Source of the DNA: an uncultured delta proteobacterium | GTDB taxonomy: Bacteria; Myxococcota_A; Polyangia; Fen-1088 | Direction of reading: 5' to 3' | Assembly: GCA_963824555.1 (NCBI GenBank) | Contig: CAWGPW010000010.1 | Coordinates: forward strand, 5,551-69,550 | Length of the DNA: 64,000 bases | Part shown: one piece after another, positions 1 to 8,966 of the stretch | Position numbering within the stretch: the first letter of the stretch is position 1 | Layout: each line of letters opens with the position of its first letter | Made by a program: the position numbers and the translations under genes | Notes under the pieces: model-generated | Databases searched by the model: none | Seen by the model: only the letters and a program-made list of their open reading frames with translations | Told to the model about the DNA's origin: nothing

Positions 1-2
1 CT

Positions 3-2006
3 ACGTCCTCCCAGCCAGCCTACTTACACGGCGTGCACAGCCAGCTCTGGGGAAGCGAGGATTACGTCGTCACGAGCAAGAGCCAGCAGAACGGGCCGCT
101 CTGCAACGGCCGTCCCCAGGGGCTGAACGGCACCCAGTTTGTCGAGAACGGCTTTGACGAGCTCGACGCTGCGGGCGAGTGGTATTACGACCGCACCGGC
201 ATTGCCGGCACGGCGGGCACTCTTTACTTCTACCCACCGGCCGGGGTCGATCTCACGAAGGCGGGCTCGTATACCCTCGAGATGGCCGCGATCGAGCGCA
301 TCTTCGAGCTCGACGGTGGCTGCGGCTCGGGAGCCACTCGCACGCTTCCCGATGGGGGAGTGGGTTTGCCGTCCTATTCGACGACCAGTACGTGCGCGTC
401 GACGCCTCCCGTGGAGTGGGTCACTCTCGACGGATTCCACTACACCGACACGCTGAGGACCTTTCCGAGCTGCAACGAGCAGATCCTGCGTTCCGATTGG
501 CGAATCTATCGAGGGGGTAGCATTTTCGTCACGGGCGGCGAGCACGTGACCATCTCGAACAGCTTCTTCGACCAGGTCGGCGGGGCCGGTGTCTTCGTCA
601 ACGGCTACAACGACAGCGTCTCTATCACTGGCAACCTCTTCATCGGCACGGGGTCTAGCGCCATTCTGTTCATGGGAAACAACAAGGCGGTCCGCAACCC
701 GGTGTTCGGCTACGGCAGCGGGGTTGCCGTCAACCAGTTGGATATGACACCCGGCCCGCAGACGAACGATTACCCGAGCAATTGCAGCGCCACCGAGAAT
801 CTGATTCACGACATCGGCGATCCCGAGCTGCAGGTAGCAGGCGTCGGCATCGACATGGCCGCCAACATCACCGTCAGCCACAACAGCATCTACAACATGC
901 CGCGCGCCGGAATCAACGTCGGGGATGGATGTTGGGGCGGCCATATGATCTCGTACAATGACGTATTCGCCACCGTGCTCTTCACCGGGGATCACGGCGC
1001 GTACAACAGCTGGGGACGCGACCGCTACTGGGACACCAGTACCGGCTCAATCGAGTCTCGGGTTGGCAATCCACCGAACAGTCTACCGACACTCGACGTC
1101 GTCCACCCGATCACGCTGACGCACAACCGATGGCGTTGCGACCAGGGCTGGGACGTCGACCTCGATGACGGCTCGACCAACTACGTGATCACGAACAACG
1201 TCTTCCTGTCGGGCGGCCTCAAGTGGCGCGAGGGCTACTACCGCGATGGCGAAAACAACGTGCTCGTGCAGCAGAACACCACACCGTGCGCGCCGAACGC
1301 CGCGGTTAGCGATGTGTCCGGCTGCTTGAGCATCCACGTCTGGCCCAAGGGCAGCAGCGACGTGTTCATTCACAATATTTTCTGGGGCCTCGCGCCCGAC
1401 AGCCCCGACGCCTACGGCAAGGAGATCGACTACAACCTGTACCAAAGCGCGGCGGAGCTTTCGGCCGCCCAGGGCACCTACCACACGGACGCGCACTCGG
1501 CATCTGGCAATCCCAACTTCATCGACCCGGCGAACGGCAACTTCCAACTTGGAGCGACCTCTCCCGCCACCGCGCTCGGCATCGTGAGCCTGCCGGCGCC
1601 GACGACTGAACAATACGGCGTGACCCTCCCGCAGCTGCGTGCGCAGGCGGCCACGCCGCCATTCGGCAATGTCGGTCTGAAGCCCGTCAATACGGACGCA
1701 GGGACACGTGACTGCACGACGCAGACGACCTGGCGCGGAGCAACCATCGAGAACCTCTGTCCGGGCGAGCTCTCGATAGTCGGTCTCGGCTACCCCGTAG
1801 GTGTCTTCATGCTCAACGTCCCTGCCGCGAGTCAGGCTGCGACCGACGGCTTGCAGGCTCTCGACGTCATTCTGCAACTCGGCGGTCAGAGCGTTACTTC
1901 GCTGGATGACCTCAATCGTCTGTACAACGCTATCACGGCCAGCCAGAAAGTGACGCTTGGGATTTACCGAAACCAGCAGAACACCACCGTTACAATCACT
2001 CGTTGA
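3..2006 (+). CDS. Right-handed beta-helix protein (GH141-like) with C-terminal PDZ domain; 5' end lies outside the window
   Basis: Frame is open from base 3. Motifs FVENGFDELDAAGEWYYD and DHGAYNSWGRDR, Asn-ladder repeats, and a PDZ-like C-terminus (GVFMLNV...SQAATDGLQALDVILQLGGQSV...VTLGIYRN). Confidence 0.7.
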   Translation, partial: TSSQPAYLHGVHSQLWGSEDYVVTSKSQQNGPLCNGRPQGLNGTQFVENGFDELDAAGEWYYDRTGIAGTAGTLYFYPPAGVDLTKAGSYTLEMAAIERIFELDGGCGSGATRTLPDGGVGLPSYSTTSTCASTPPVEWVTLDGFHYTDTLRTFPSCNEQILRSDWRIYRGGSIFVTGGEHVTISNSFFDQVGGAGVFVNGYNDSVSITGNLFIGTGSSAILFMGNNKAVRNPVFGYGSGVAVNQLDMTPGPQTNDYPSNCSATENLIHDIGDPELQVAGVGIDMAANITVSHNSIYNMPRAGINVGDGCWGGHMISYNDVFATVLFTGDHGAYNSWGRDRYWDTSTGSIESRVGNPPNSLPTLDVVHPITLTHNRWRCDQGWDVDLDDGSTNYVITNNVFLSGGLKWREGYYRDGENNVLVQQNTTPCAPNAAVSDVSGCLSIHVWPKGSSDVFIHNIFWGLAPDSPDAYGKEIDYNLYQSAAELSAAQGTYHTDAHSASGNPNFIDPANGNFQLGATSPATALGIVSLPAPTTEQYGVTLPQLRAQAATPPFGNVGLKPVNTDAGTRDCTTQTTWRGATIENLCPGELSIVGLGYPVGVFMLNVPAASQAATDGLQALDVILQLGGQSVTSLDDLNRLYNAITASQKVTLGIYRNQQNTTVTITR

Positions 2007-2158
2007 TTGTCTGCGGTGGGGCCCGCGGACGGGGCGCCTCAGACCGCGAGCTTCCGTGGATAGTGAGTTCAAACGCCCCCCTTTCCTTCACCCAATCGCA
2101 TCCAAAAGAAAACCGGATAACGGAGAGTCAACGTACTATGGCCAGCCCGGAGGTACCC

Positions 2159-4726
2159 ATGAGCTTCCCTCGCATTCTGAGGACATTCACGATCGCCACC
2201 ATGGCGCTTGGCATCGCTTGTTCGTCCAATACCCCCGGTGGGGCTATTGGTGGTTCGAGCGGGAGCACGACGGCCAGGGGAGGGGCCGGTGGATCTGGCG
2301 GTAGCGCGAGCACCGGAGGCCAGGGCTCGGGTGGTGCAAGCAACACGGCTGGCGAGGGTGGTTCGGGCGGCGTTGCCGGCGGCGGTGCGACCGGTTTGGG
2401 TGGGCAGACAGGCTCGGGCGGTAGCACCGGCAGCCAGGGCTCGGGTGGTGCAAGCAACACGGCTGGCAAGAGTGGCTCGGGCGGCGCGGCCGGCGGCGGT
2501 GCGACCGGTTCGGGAGGGCAGACAGGCTTGGGCGGCTCCAATGCTGGCGGCGTGACCGGCTCTGGTGGTCGCACGGGCTCAGGCGGGTCAGTTGGACCTG
2601 TCGATGCTTCTGCCGGTGGACAGTGCGGGCCGTCGACCGTAGCCGAGCCATTTTCTACATCGATAGCTGGTGCCTGGGACTTCACGCCCGCAGGCGGGGC
2701 AAAGCGCACGCTTCAGGTTCCCGGCGGCGGGTGGTTTAAGCAAGGCGTCAATGCCGCCAGTGGTACGTACGCAACGCAAATCACGGTTCCAGATTCTGGC
2801 GCAACGCAGACCACATTGATTGAATTCGGAGCCGTCAATTTCCAAGCAACCCTGTCGGTTGACGGCAAAGTAGTGGCGACGAACACGACCTCCTTCACTC
2901 CCTCTGTTTTCGACGTCACCAAGTTCGTGACCCCCGGCAAGCAGCATGCGATCTCGGTGCTCATCAAGGGCGGTCAGGCGATGAAGGACAGCAGCGGCAA
3001 GTGGCTGATTCCCATGGCGTCAGATTGGTCCCCCAACGTCGCGCAAGGTATCTTCCGCTCGGCCATGTTGCGCGTGCTGCCCGATGTCTACATCAGCGAT
3101 GCCTTCGTGCGGACGAACGTCACGGACGGCACCCTGACCTACGACGTGCTCATCACCAATACCGGCAGCACCAGCCAAGACGTCACGCTGTCGAGCGCGC
3201 TCAGCTCGTGGAACTGCGACGCTTTCACGTATCCCACGATTGCCGACAAGACTGTCACGGCGGCGCCCAACAGCACCACCACGACGACCATCGGCCCAAT
3301 CAAGTGGGGGCTCGACATGAAGTCCTACTGGTGGCCGAACGTTCCATACCAGGCGGACTACACGGCTCGCCTCCACAATTTGAGCCTGCAGATGAGCCGG
3401 GGTGGCAAGATCGCCCACAGTAAAGTCGTTCGTTTCGGTTTCCGTCAGAGCGAAAGAAAGCGCGCCGATGCCAACCACATCTACTACTACCTCAACGGCA
3501 TCCGCGTGAACCTGCGAGGCGACAATATCCAAGGCGCGGACTACGACAGCATCGACACCGGCGGCAAGGGCGACGCGTACGATACCTTTCCGGGCTTCCT
3601 GTCTCCCTCGACGGGAAACCCCGGGTGGCCCCAAGCCGTTCGAAACTACCAAGAGCTGAACTACAACTTCATCCGCATCCATCAGGAGCTCGCGTCACCC
3701 TACATGCTCGACACCGCGGATGAGCTTGGGCTCATGCTTATGGGTGAGTCGGCCATTCGCTGCAGCAACCAGAACGTCGACTTCGTCGCCGCGCACGACA
3801 CCATGGTCAGCCACGTCCAGGCGATGGTCCTTCGCGATCGCAACCACCCGGCTATCATTCGGTGGAGCCAGGCGAACGAGCCGAACGGGTGCTATCAGAA
3901 CGGCGATTCAAATCAGTTCGAGGCCGACCTGTTCAACGCCATGACCAAGCTGGATGGTACTCGCCCCATCAGCGTTGACTGCTGGTTCAGTTGTGGAGAC
4001 TACGGCTTGCCGGTTCCGGATTTCGCGGTTAGCCAACACTACAGCAGCGGCCTCGGCAAGTACTCGGAAGAGGTGAACGCCAGCAAAGACAATCCTACCG
4101 GTCAGGGCGAGTATATTTGGTCGAGCGACAACACCCGCCAGGGATTGACGTGGTTTGGAACATCGGCCATGGCGATGCGGAGACAAGACGGTGTCGACAT
4201 CCGGCCCTACACACTGTTGTCGGGCTGGGCCAGCTTCATACCGGGCGTCAAGCGAACGCAAATGACCATCGAGCAAGGTGGACCTCCCGTATTCGGCGAG
4301 GACAATTTGCCGGATCCTTGGTCGAGCCAGAGCATCCGGCGCATCCAGAACGGCTTCAGTCCGGTTCTGGTCGCGGACAAGGACTACTGGGAGTCCAACA
4401 AGATGTCCAACACCAATGGGGACTGGCCATCCTCGGTACCGGCGATTGCGAAAGGCGCAACCCGCCCGACGACACTTCTGATCTTTAACGATACGTTCTC
4501 GGGAACGAGCATCGACGTAACCTGGGAGATCCATTCCGATAGTCCGACGGGGACCAAGGGCGATTCGGGCACGTTTACCATTGATGTGCCGCTAGCGACG
4601 ATGGGGACACAATCCATCACTTTCACGGCGCCGACGTCCGGCACGAAATTCTACCTGGTTCTTCAAGCCCAGAAAAGTGGCACAACCGTCTTCCAGGAGA
4701 CGGATGAATCTTTCACCCTGCAATGA
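2159..4726 (+). CDS. Lipoprotein with Gly/Ser/Thr linker and glycoside hydrolase family 2 domain
   Basis: GGAGG RBS before ATG 2159; lipobox GIAC; long GS linker; GH2 motifs FGAVN, VRFGFR, YLNG, RDRNHPAIIRWSQANEP (acid/base), GEY. Confidence 0.8.
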   Translation: MSFPRILRTFTIATMALGIACSSNTPGGAIGGSSGSTTARGGAGGSGGSASTGGQGSGGASNTAGEGGSGGVAGGGATGLGGQTGSGGSTGSQGSGGASNTAGKSGSGGAAGGGATGSGGQTGLGGSNAGGVTGSGGRTGSGGSVGPVDASAGGQCGPSTVAEPFSTSIAGAWDFTPAGGAKRTLQVPGGGWFKQGVNAASGTYATQITVPDSGATQTTLIEFGAVNFQATLSVDGKVVATNTTSFTPSVFDVTKFVTPGKQHAISVLIKGGQAMKDSSGKWLIPMASDWSPNVAQGIFRSAMLRVLPDVYISDAFVRTNVTDGTLTYDVLITNTGSTSQDVTLSSALSSWNCDAFTYPTIADKTVTAAPNSTTTTTIGPIKWGLDMKSYWWPNVPYQADYTARLHNLSLQMSRGGKIAHSKVVRFGFRQSERKRADANHIYYYLNGIRVNLRGDNIQGADYDSIDTGGKGDAYDTFPGFLSPSTGNPGWPQAVRNYQELNYNFIRIHQELASPYMLDTADELGLMLMGESAIRCSNQNVDFVAAHDTMVSHVQAMVLRDRNHPAIIRWSQANEPNGCYQNGDSNQFEADLFNAMTKLDGTRPISVDCWFSCGDYGLPVPDFAVSQHYSSGLGKYSEEVNASKDNPTGQGEYIWSSDNTRQGLTWFGTSAMAMRRQDGVDIRPYTLLSGWASFIPGVKRTQMTIEQGGPPVFGEDNLPDPWSSQSIRRIQNGFSPVLVADKDYWESNKMSNTNGDWPSSVPAIAKGATRPTTLLIFNDTFSGTSIDVTWEIHSDSPTGTKGDSGTFTIDVPLATMGTQSITFTAPTSGTKFYLVLQAQKSGTTVFQETDESFTLQ

Positions 4727-5095
4727 CATCCTCCATGCGTCAACGGCACAGCCTCGCCGCGCGCGCTCGTCAGGTGCGCGCGCTCGTCAGGTGCCTGACA
4801 CCTGACTCAGGTTTGCGGCAATTCAAGCCATCGCATCTGGCCCAGGAAGAAGACAGGAGCTCGTTACGATTGGTGAACCGGAGTGCCACGGGGCCTGGTC
4901 TATGAAGGTAATGAGCCGCATACGCCACGAAAACAGCCAAAGGAACAATCGATGACGAAGGAATGGGGGTTGAGCAGGGATCCGTAGGCTCGCTGCACGG
5001 AGAGTTGAGCCAAGACGGATTCTGTGTGTCGATGACACTGCTGATTATTACGGTTTCAGATGACCATTTGACTATTCGTGAAGGGAGCATCATCA

Positions 5096-6862
5096 ATGAG
5101 GAACGCTTTGTTCGCCGTTACGCTTCTAAGTCTTGCGGCGACCGCGACGTCGGCCATGATGGGCTGCAGCAAGTCGAGTGGTTCGGGCGAAGCTTCGTCG
5201 ACCGGTGGAAATACGAGCACGGGCAGCAGCCAGGGGTTGGGTGGCAGCGGTGGGAGCCCCAGAGGCGGCTCCGGTGGCAGCAGCTCACCCGGCCTGGGAG
5301 GCAGCAGCTCACCCGGCCTGGGAGGCAGCAGCCATAGCGGCGGCTCGGCTGGCGGCGACACAGGCACTCCGGCCAAGGGCGGAAGCGGCGGCTCGGGTGG
5401 AAGCGCCGATAGCTCCGGCGGGATTACAGGCGGCAATGACGCAGGTGGCACTGCGGCGAACCGTGGAGACGGCGCTAGCAGGGGCGGCTCCGGAGATTTC
5501 GGCGGAAACACTGGCACCGGCGGGACCATTGGCTCGGGTGGTTGGATCGGCACAGGAGGAACCTCTGGCTCGGGCGGGACGATGGGTAATGGAGGAACCG
5601 CCGGCTCCAGCGGGGCAGGCCCCACCGGCCCCTGCGATATCTACCAAGCCGCCGGCACACCGTGTGCGGCGGCCCATAGCACGGTTCGCGCACTCTACGG
5701 GGCGTTCAGCGGTGCCCTCTACCAGGTCAGTCGCGCGTCGGACAACACCTCCAAGGAAATCCCCACCCTCACTGCAGGAGGCTTCGCCGACTCATCGGTT
5801 CAAGATTCGTTCTGCTCCGGCACGACCTGCACCATCCCGATCATCTATGACCAGTCCCCGAATGGTAACCACCTTCGAGTTACGTGGTTTGCGAATTGGC
5901 TACCGAAGGGAGGCAAACCAGCCGCTGCCACCGCCGCCAAGATCACGGTGGGCGGTCATACCGTCTACGGGATCAAGGTCACGTCTGGGTCCGATATTGC
6001 CTATCGAACGGGTGCTCCGCTGTCGGGGACTGCTTCGGTCGCGAACGGATCGTCGACCATCACATTTTCGAGCCCGCAAACCCTCGCCAAGGGAACGCCC
6101 CTCATGTTCGTCGCGGAGCTGTCAAGCTGCACGACATACAACTGCCCCTATTACTCCGAAGCAGCCGCGACGACGGCATCGACGACCGCAACCCTGACAG
6201 CCAAGTACAATGGCCCCTCCAATGCCGCGACCACAGCCTGGAATGAAGGTACTCAGGGGGTCGCAACTGGAGACGATCCGGAGGCCATCTATGCGGTGCT
6301 CGACGGAACGACCTACAACGCGGGCTGCTGTTTCGACTACGGGAACGCCGAGATAAACGGCGTTGACGACGGCGCAGCCACGATGGAAGCACTCTACTGG
6401 GGAGCCGATACCCAGTTCGGAGAATCCGGCGGCGGCAGCGGCCCGTGGGTCGGGGCAGACATTGAGAACGGGCTGTCCTTCGGGTATGCAAACGGTTCGC
6501 CAAAGGTTTCGACGAACACCCCCGTAAACTTCCCGTATGTCACGGCAATGCTGAAGGGGCTTTCGGCGAGCCAGTGCCCCTCGGGCCTCACCTCCTCGGG
6601 ATGCTTCGAGCTCAAGGCCGGCAATGCACAGTCCGGCGCCCTTGCAGTCAAGTTTGACGCCACCACAGGCGGCTACGGGGCGCGCCCGCCCGGATACACT
6701 CCGATGAAGAAGACAGGCGGCATCATCCTGGGAACGGGAGGCGACGGATTATCCAGTGGTGCCGGCACGTGGTTCGAAGGAGCCATGACCATCGGGGCTC
6801 CGTCGGATTCGGCCGACAACGAGGTGCAGGCCAACGTCGTGGCTGCGGGCTACGGGCACTGA
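5096..6862 (+). CDS. GH54 alpha-L-arabinofuranosidase B-type catalytic domain lipoprotein with an internal insertion
   Basis: GPCDIY...PCAAAHSTVRALY, IYDQS, CCFDYGNAE, MEALYWG, GPWVGADIENG, GGIILGTGGD, VQANVVAAGY; signal peptide with Cys and GS linker. Confidence 0.88.
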   Translation: MRNALFAVTLLSLAATATSAMMGCSKSSGSGEASSTGGNTSTGSSQGLGGSGGSPRGGSGGSSSPGLGGSSSPGLGGSSHSGGSAGGDTGTPAKGGSGGSGGSADSSGGITGGNDAGGTAANRGDGASRGGSGDFGGNTGTGGTIGSGGWIGTGGTSGSGGTMGNGGTAGSSGAGPTGPCDIYQAAGTPCAAAHSTVRALYGAFSGALYQVSRASDNTSKEIPTLTAGGFADSSVQDSFCSGTTCTIPIIYDQSPNGNHLRVTWFANWLPKGGKPAAATAAKITVGGHTVYGIKVTSGSDIAYRTGAPLSGTASVANGSSTITFSSPQTLAKGTPLMFVAELSSCTTYNCPYYSEAAATTASTTATLTAKYNGPSNAATTAWNEGTQGVATGDDPEAIYAVLDGTTYNAGCCFDYGNAEINGVDDGAATMEALYWGADTQFGESGGGSGPWVGADIENGLSFGYANGSPKVSTNTPVNFPYVTAMLKGLSASQCPSGLTSSGCFELKAGNAQSGALAVKFDATTGGYGARPPGYTPMKKTGGIILGTGGDGLSSGAGTWFEGAMTIGAPSDSADNEVQANVVAAGYGH

Positions 6863-7182
6863 GCCGCAGCAGGGATGGAAGGAAGAGCTCCAGATTGTGC
6901 GCGCAACTGCAACATCGGCGTATTTGTGAAGGATAGTGCCCCGTATCCCGATGAGGATTGCCGACTTGTACCGGGTCGTGCTTTACGGCTCGAGAGCGAA
7001 GCCATGCCATCCACCTGTTGCGCTAGACGGAATCTCGACGCTGGCGACACTGCACGAGCGATGAAATCGTTTTGCAGAGTAGCCATGAGTAGGTTTGGTG
7101 CGCAGGCGTCGGCGCCAGTATCCGAGGAAAAGCGCCCAGAGAACTTCATGCAGAGGACGATGGCTTCACCCTGGAGGTTTGC

Positions 7183-8682
7183 ATGCGCCTAGCACGATTC
7201 AATGCCGTTGCTCTCCCACTCTTTCTTGGGTTCCTCGGGTGTTCCGAGTCAGGCCCGGGAACCAGTGGAGCTTCTGGAGGAGCTTTTGCAGCCGCTACCG
7301 GAGGCGTTTTCGGATTGGGCGGAGTCGAGCGCAGTGATGCTGGCGGTAACAGCACGGGGGGACAAGTCGGAAGTGGCGCTGGCGGATCCGCCAACGGTGG
7401 ATCGCATGGTGGCGGGAATGGTGGATCCGGGAGCGGCGGTGTCGTGAATGGCGGTGCTGGTAGCGGGGACAGTCCAAGCACTGGAGGAGCCAAGTCGACA
7501 GGTGGGAGTGCGGCAGCCACGGGTGGCACCAACGAGACCGGCGGAATGATTTCCACCGGTGGAACCACCGCAACTGGAGGGACTACGAGAGCGGGCGGTT
7601 CGAATCAAAGCGGTGGCGCACCGTCTACTGGCGGCGCGGCTGCGGACGGCTCAGTCACTGATGCTGCCAGCGGGGCGGGGGGCTCGGGTTCAAACGGACC
7701 TTGTGATATCTTCGCGACTGGCAACGCGCCATGCGTTGCCGCGCACAGCACTGTGCGCCTTCTGCTTAGTACCTACAGCGGGCCACTTTACCAGGTTCGG
7801 CGCGCGTCCGACAGCAAGACTCAGGACATTGCGTTCCTGGCGCAGATTGGCGTGGCTGACGCCGCTTCACAGGACACTTTCTGCACTGGTACGACTTGCA
7901 CTATTTCGATCATCTATGACCAATCCGGCAAGGGGAATCATCTCAAGAGATCCCAGGGAGGTGCCCAGGTGTGCCAGCACCAAGATCTCGAAGCGGTCGC
8001 AAGCGTGTTACCGCTGACGCTCGGCGGTCATCAGGTTTATGGAATCAAGGTTGTTTCGGATAATAATGGCGCCTGCACACCGCCGACAGGAGGCGAAGGT
8101 ACCGGATATCGGCTGGATAAGACAACGGGCGTCGCAATCGGCGATCAACCCGAAACCGAATATATCGTGACCAGCGGCGACTACCAGAGTTACCAGAACA
8201 GCGGCTGTTGCTTCGACTACGGCAATGTAGAGACCAACGACATGGATGACGGGGCTGCGACCATGGAGGCGGTCTATTTCGGAGGCGGTGCTGGTTGGGG
8301 CCACGGAGGTGGCAACGGGCCGTGGGTCATGGCTGACATGGAAAACGGCATCTTCCCTGGATCAACATCGACCTACTCTGGCAATACGTCAGTGCCCTAT
8401 CCCTATGTCACGGCAGTGCTGATCGGCAGATCTGGCGGAACGTACAGCCTCAGGGCAGGAAATGCACAAAGCGGTAATCTTACGACCATGTACGATGGAG
8501 CACGGCCAAGCGGCTATACCCAGATGAAGAAGCAAGGGGCCATCGTGTTGGGCACGGGCGGCGACAACAGCGACCATGGTCAGGGGTATTTTTTCGAAGG
8601 CGTGATGACAGCGGGAGCGGCAACCGACGCCATCATGAACCAGGTTCAAGCCAACATCGTTGCAGCTGGCTATGGGAAGTGA
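7183..8682 (+). CDS. GH54 alpha-L-arabinofuranosidase B-type catalytic domain lipoprotein (paralogue)
   Basis: GPCDIF...PCVAAHSTVR, CCFDYGNVE, MADMENG, LGTGGDNS; lipobox FLGC and GS linker. Confidence 0.9.
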   Translation: MRLARFNAVALPLFLGFLGCSESGPGTSGASGGAFAAATGGVFGLGGVERSDAGGNSTGGQVGSGAGGSANGGSHGGGNGGSGSGGVVNGGAGSGDSPSTGGAKSTGGSAAATGGTNETGGMISTGGTTATGGTTRAGGSNQSGGAPSTGGAAADGSVTDAASGAGGSGSNGPCDIFATGNAPCVAAHSTVRLLLSTYSGPLYQVRRASDSKTQDIAFLAQIGVADAASQDTFCTGTTCTISIIYDQSGKGNHLKRSQGGAQVCQHQDLEAVASVLPLTLGGHQVYGIKVVSDNNGACTPPTGGEGTGYRLDKTTGVAIGDQPETEYIVTSGDYQSYQNSGCCFDYGNVETNDMDDGAATMEAVYFGGGAGWGHGGGNGPWVMADMENGIFPGSTSTYSGNTSVPYPYVTAVLIGRSGGTYSLRAGNAQSGNLTTMYDGARPSGYTQMKKQGAIVLGTGGDNSDHGQGYFFEGVMTAGAATDAIMNQVQANIVAAGYGK

Positions 8683-8966
8683 GTCTGGGCACTCCGCACA
8701 AACAATTTGCAACTGCGGCCTTGCTGTCCCGAAATCCATCGCCGTCTGTAGCGGTCCATCGATAATCGCCAATAAAATGTCGCTGGTGGCCGCCATGCGC
8801 GCCGTACCGCCGTACGCGCGTGGTGTCCAGAAACCCGTCCCGGTGATTCTGCAGCAGCGGGCTGCCTGCTGACGCATACATGCACACCCGCCTTCTGATA
8901 TCAAGTAGAAACCAGAACATGTCGATTTCTGACCGAGAAACCCCTGACCTGAGGTCAAATCCATAA

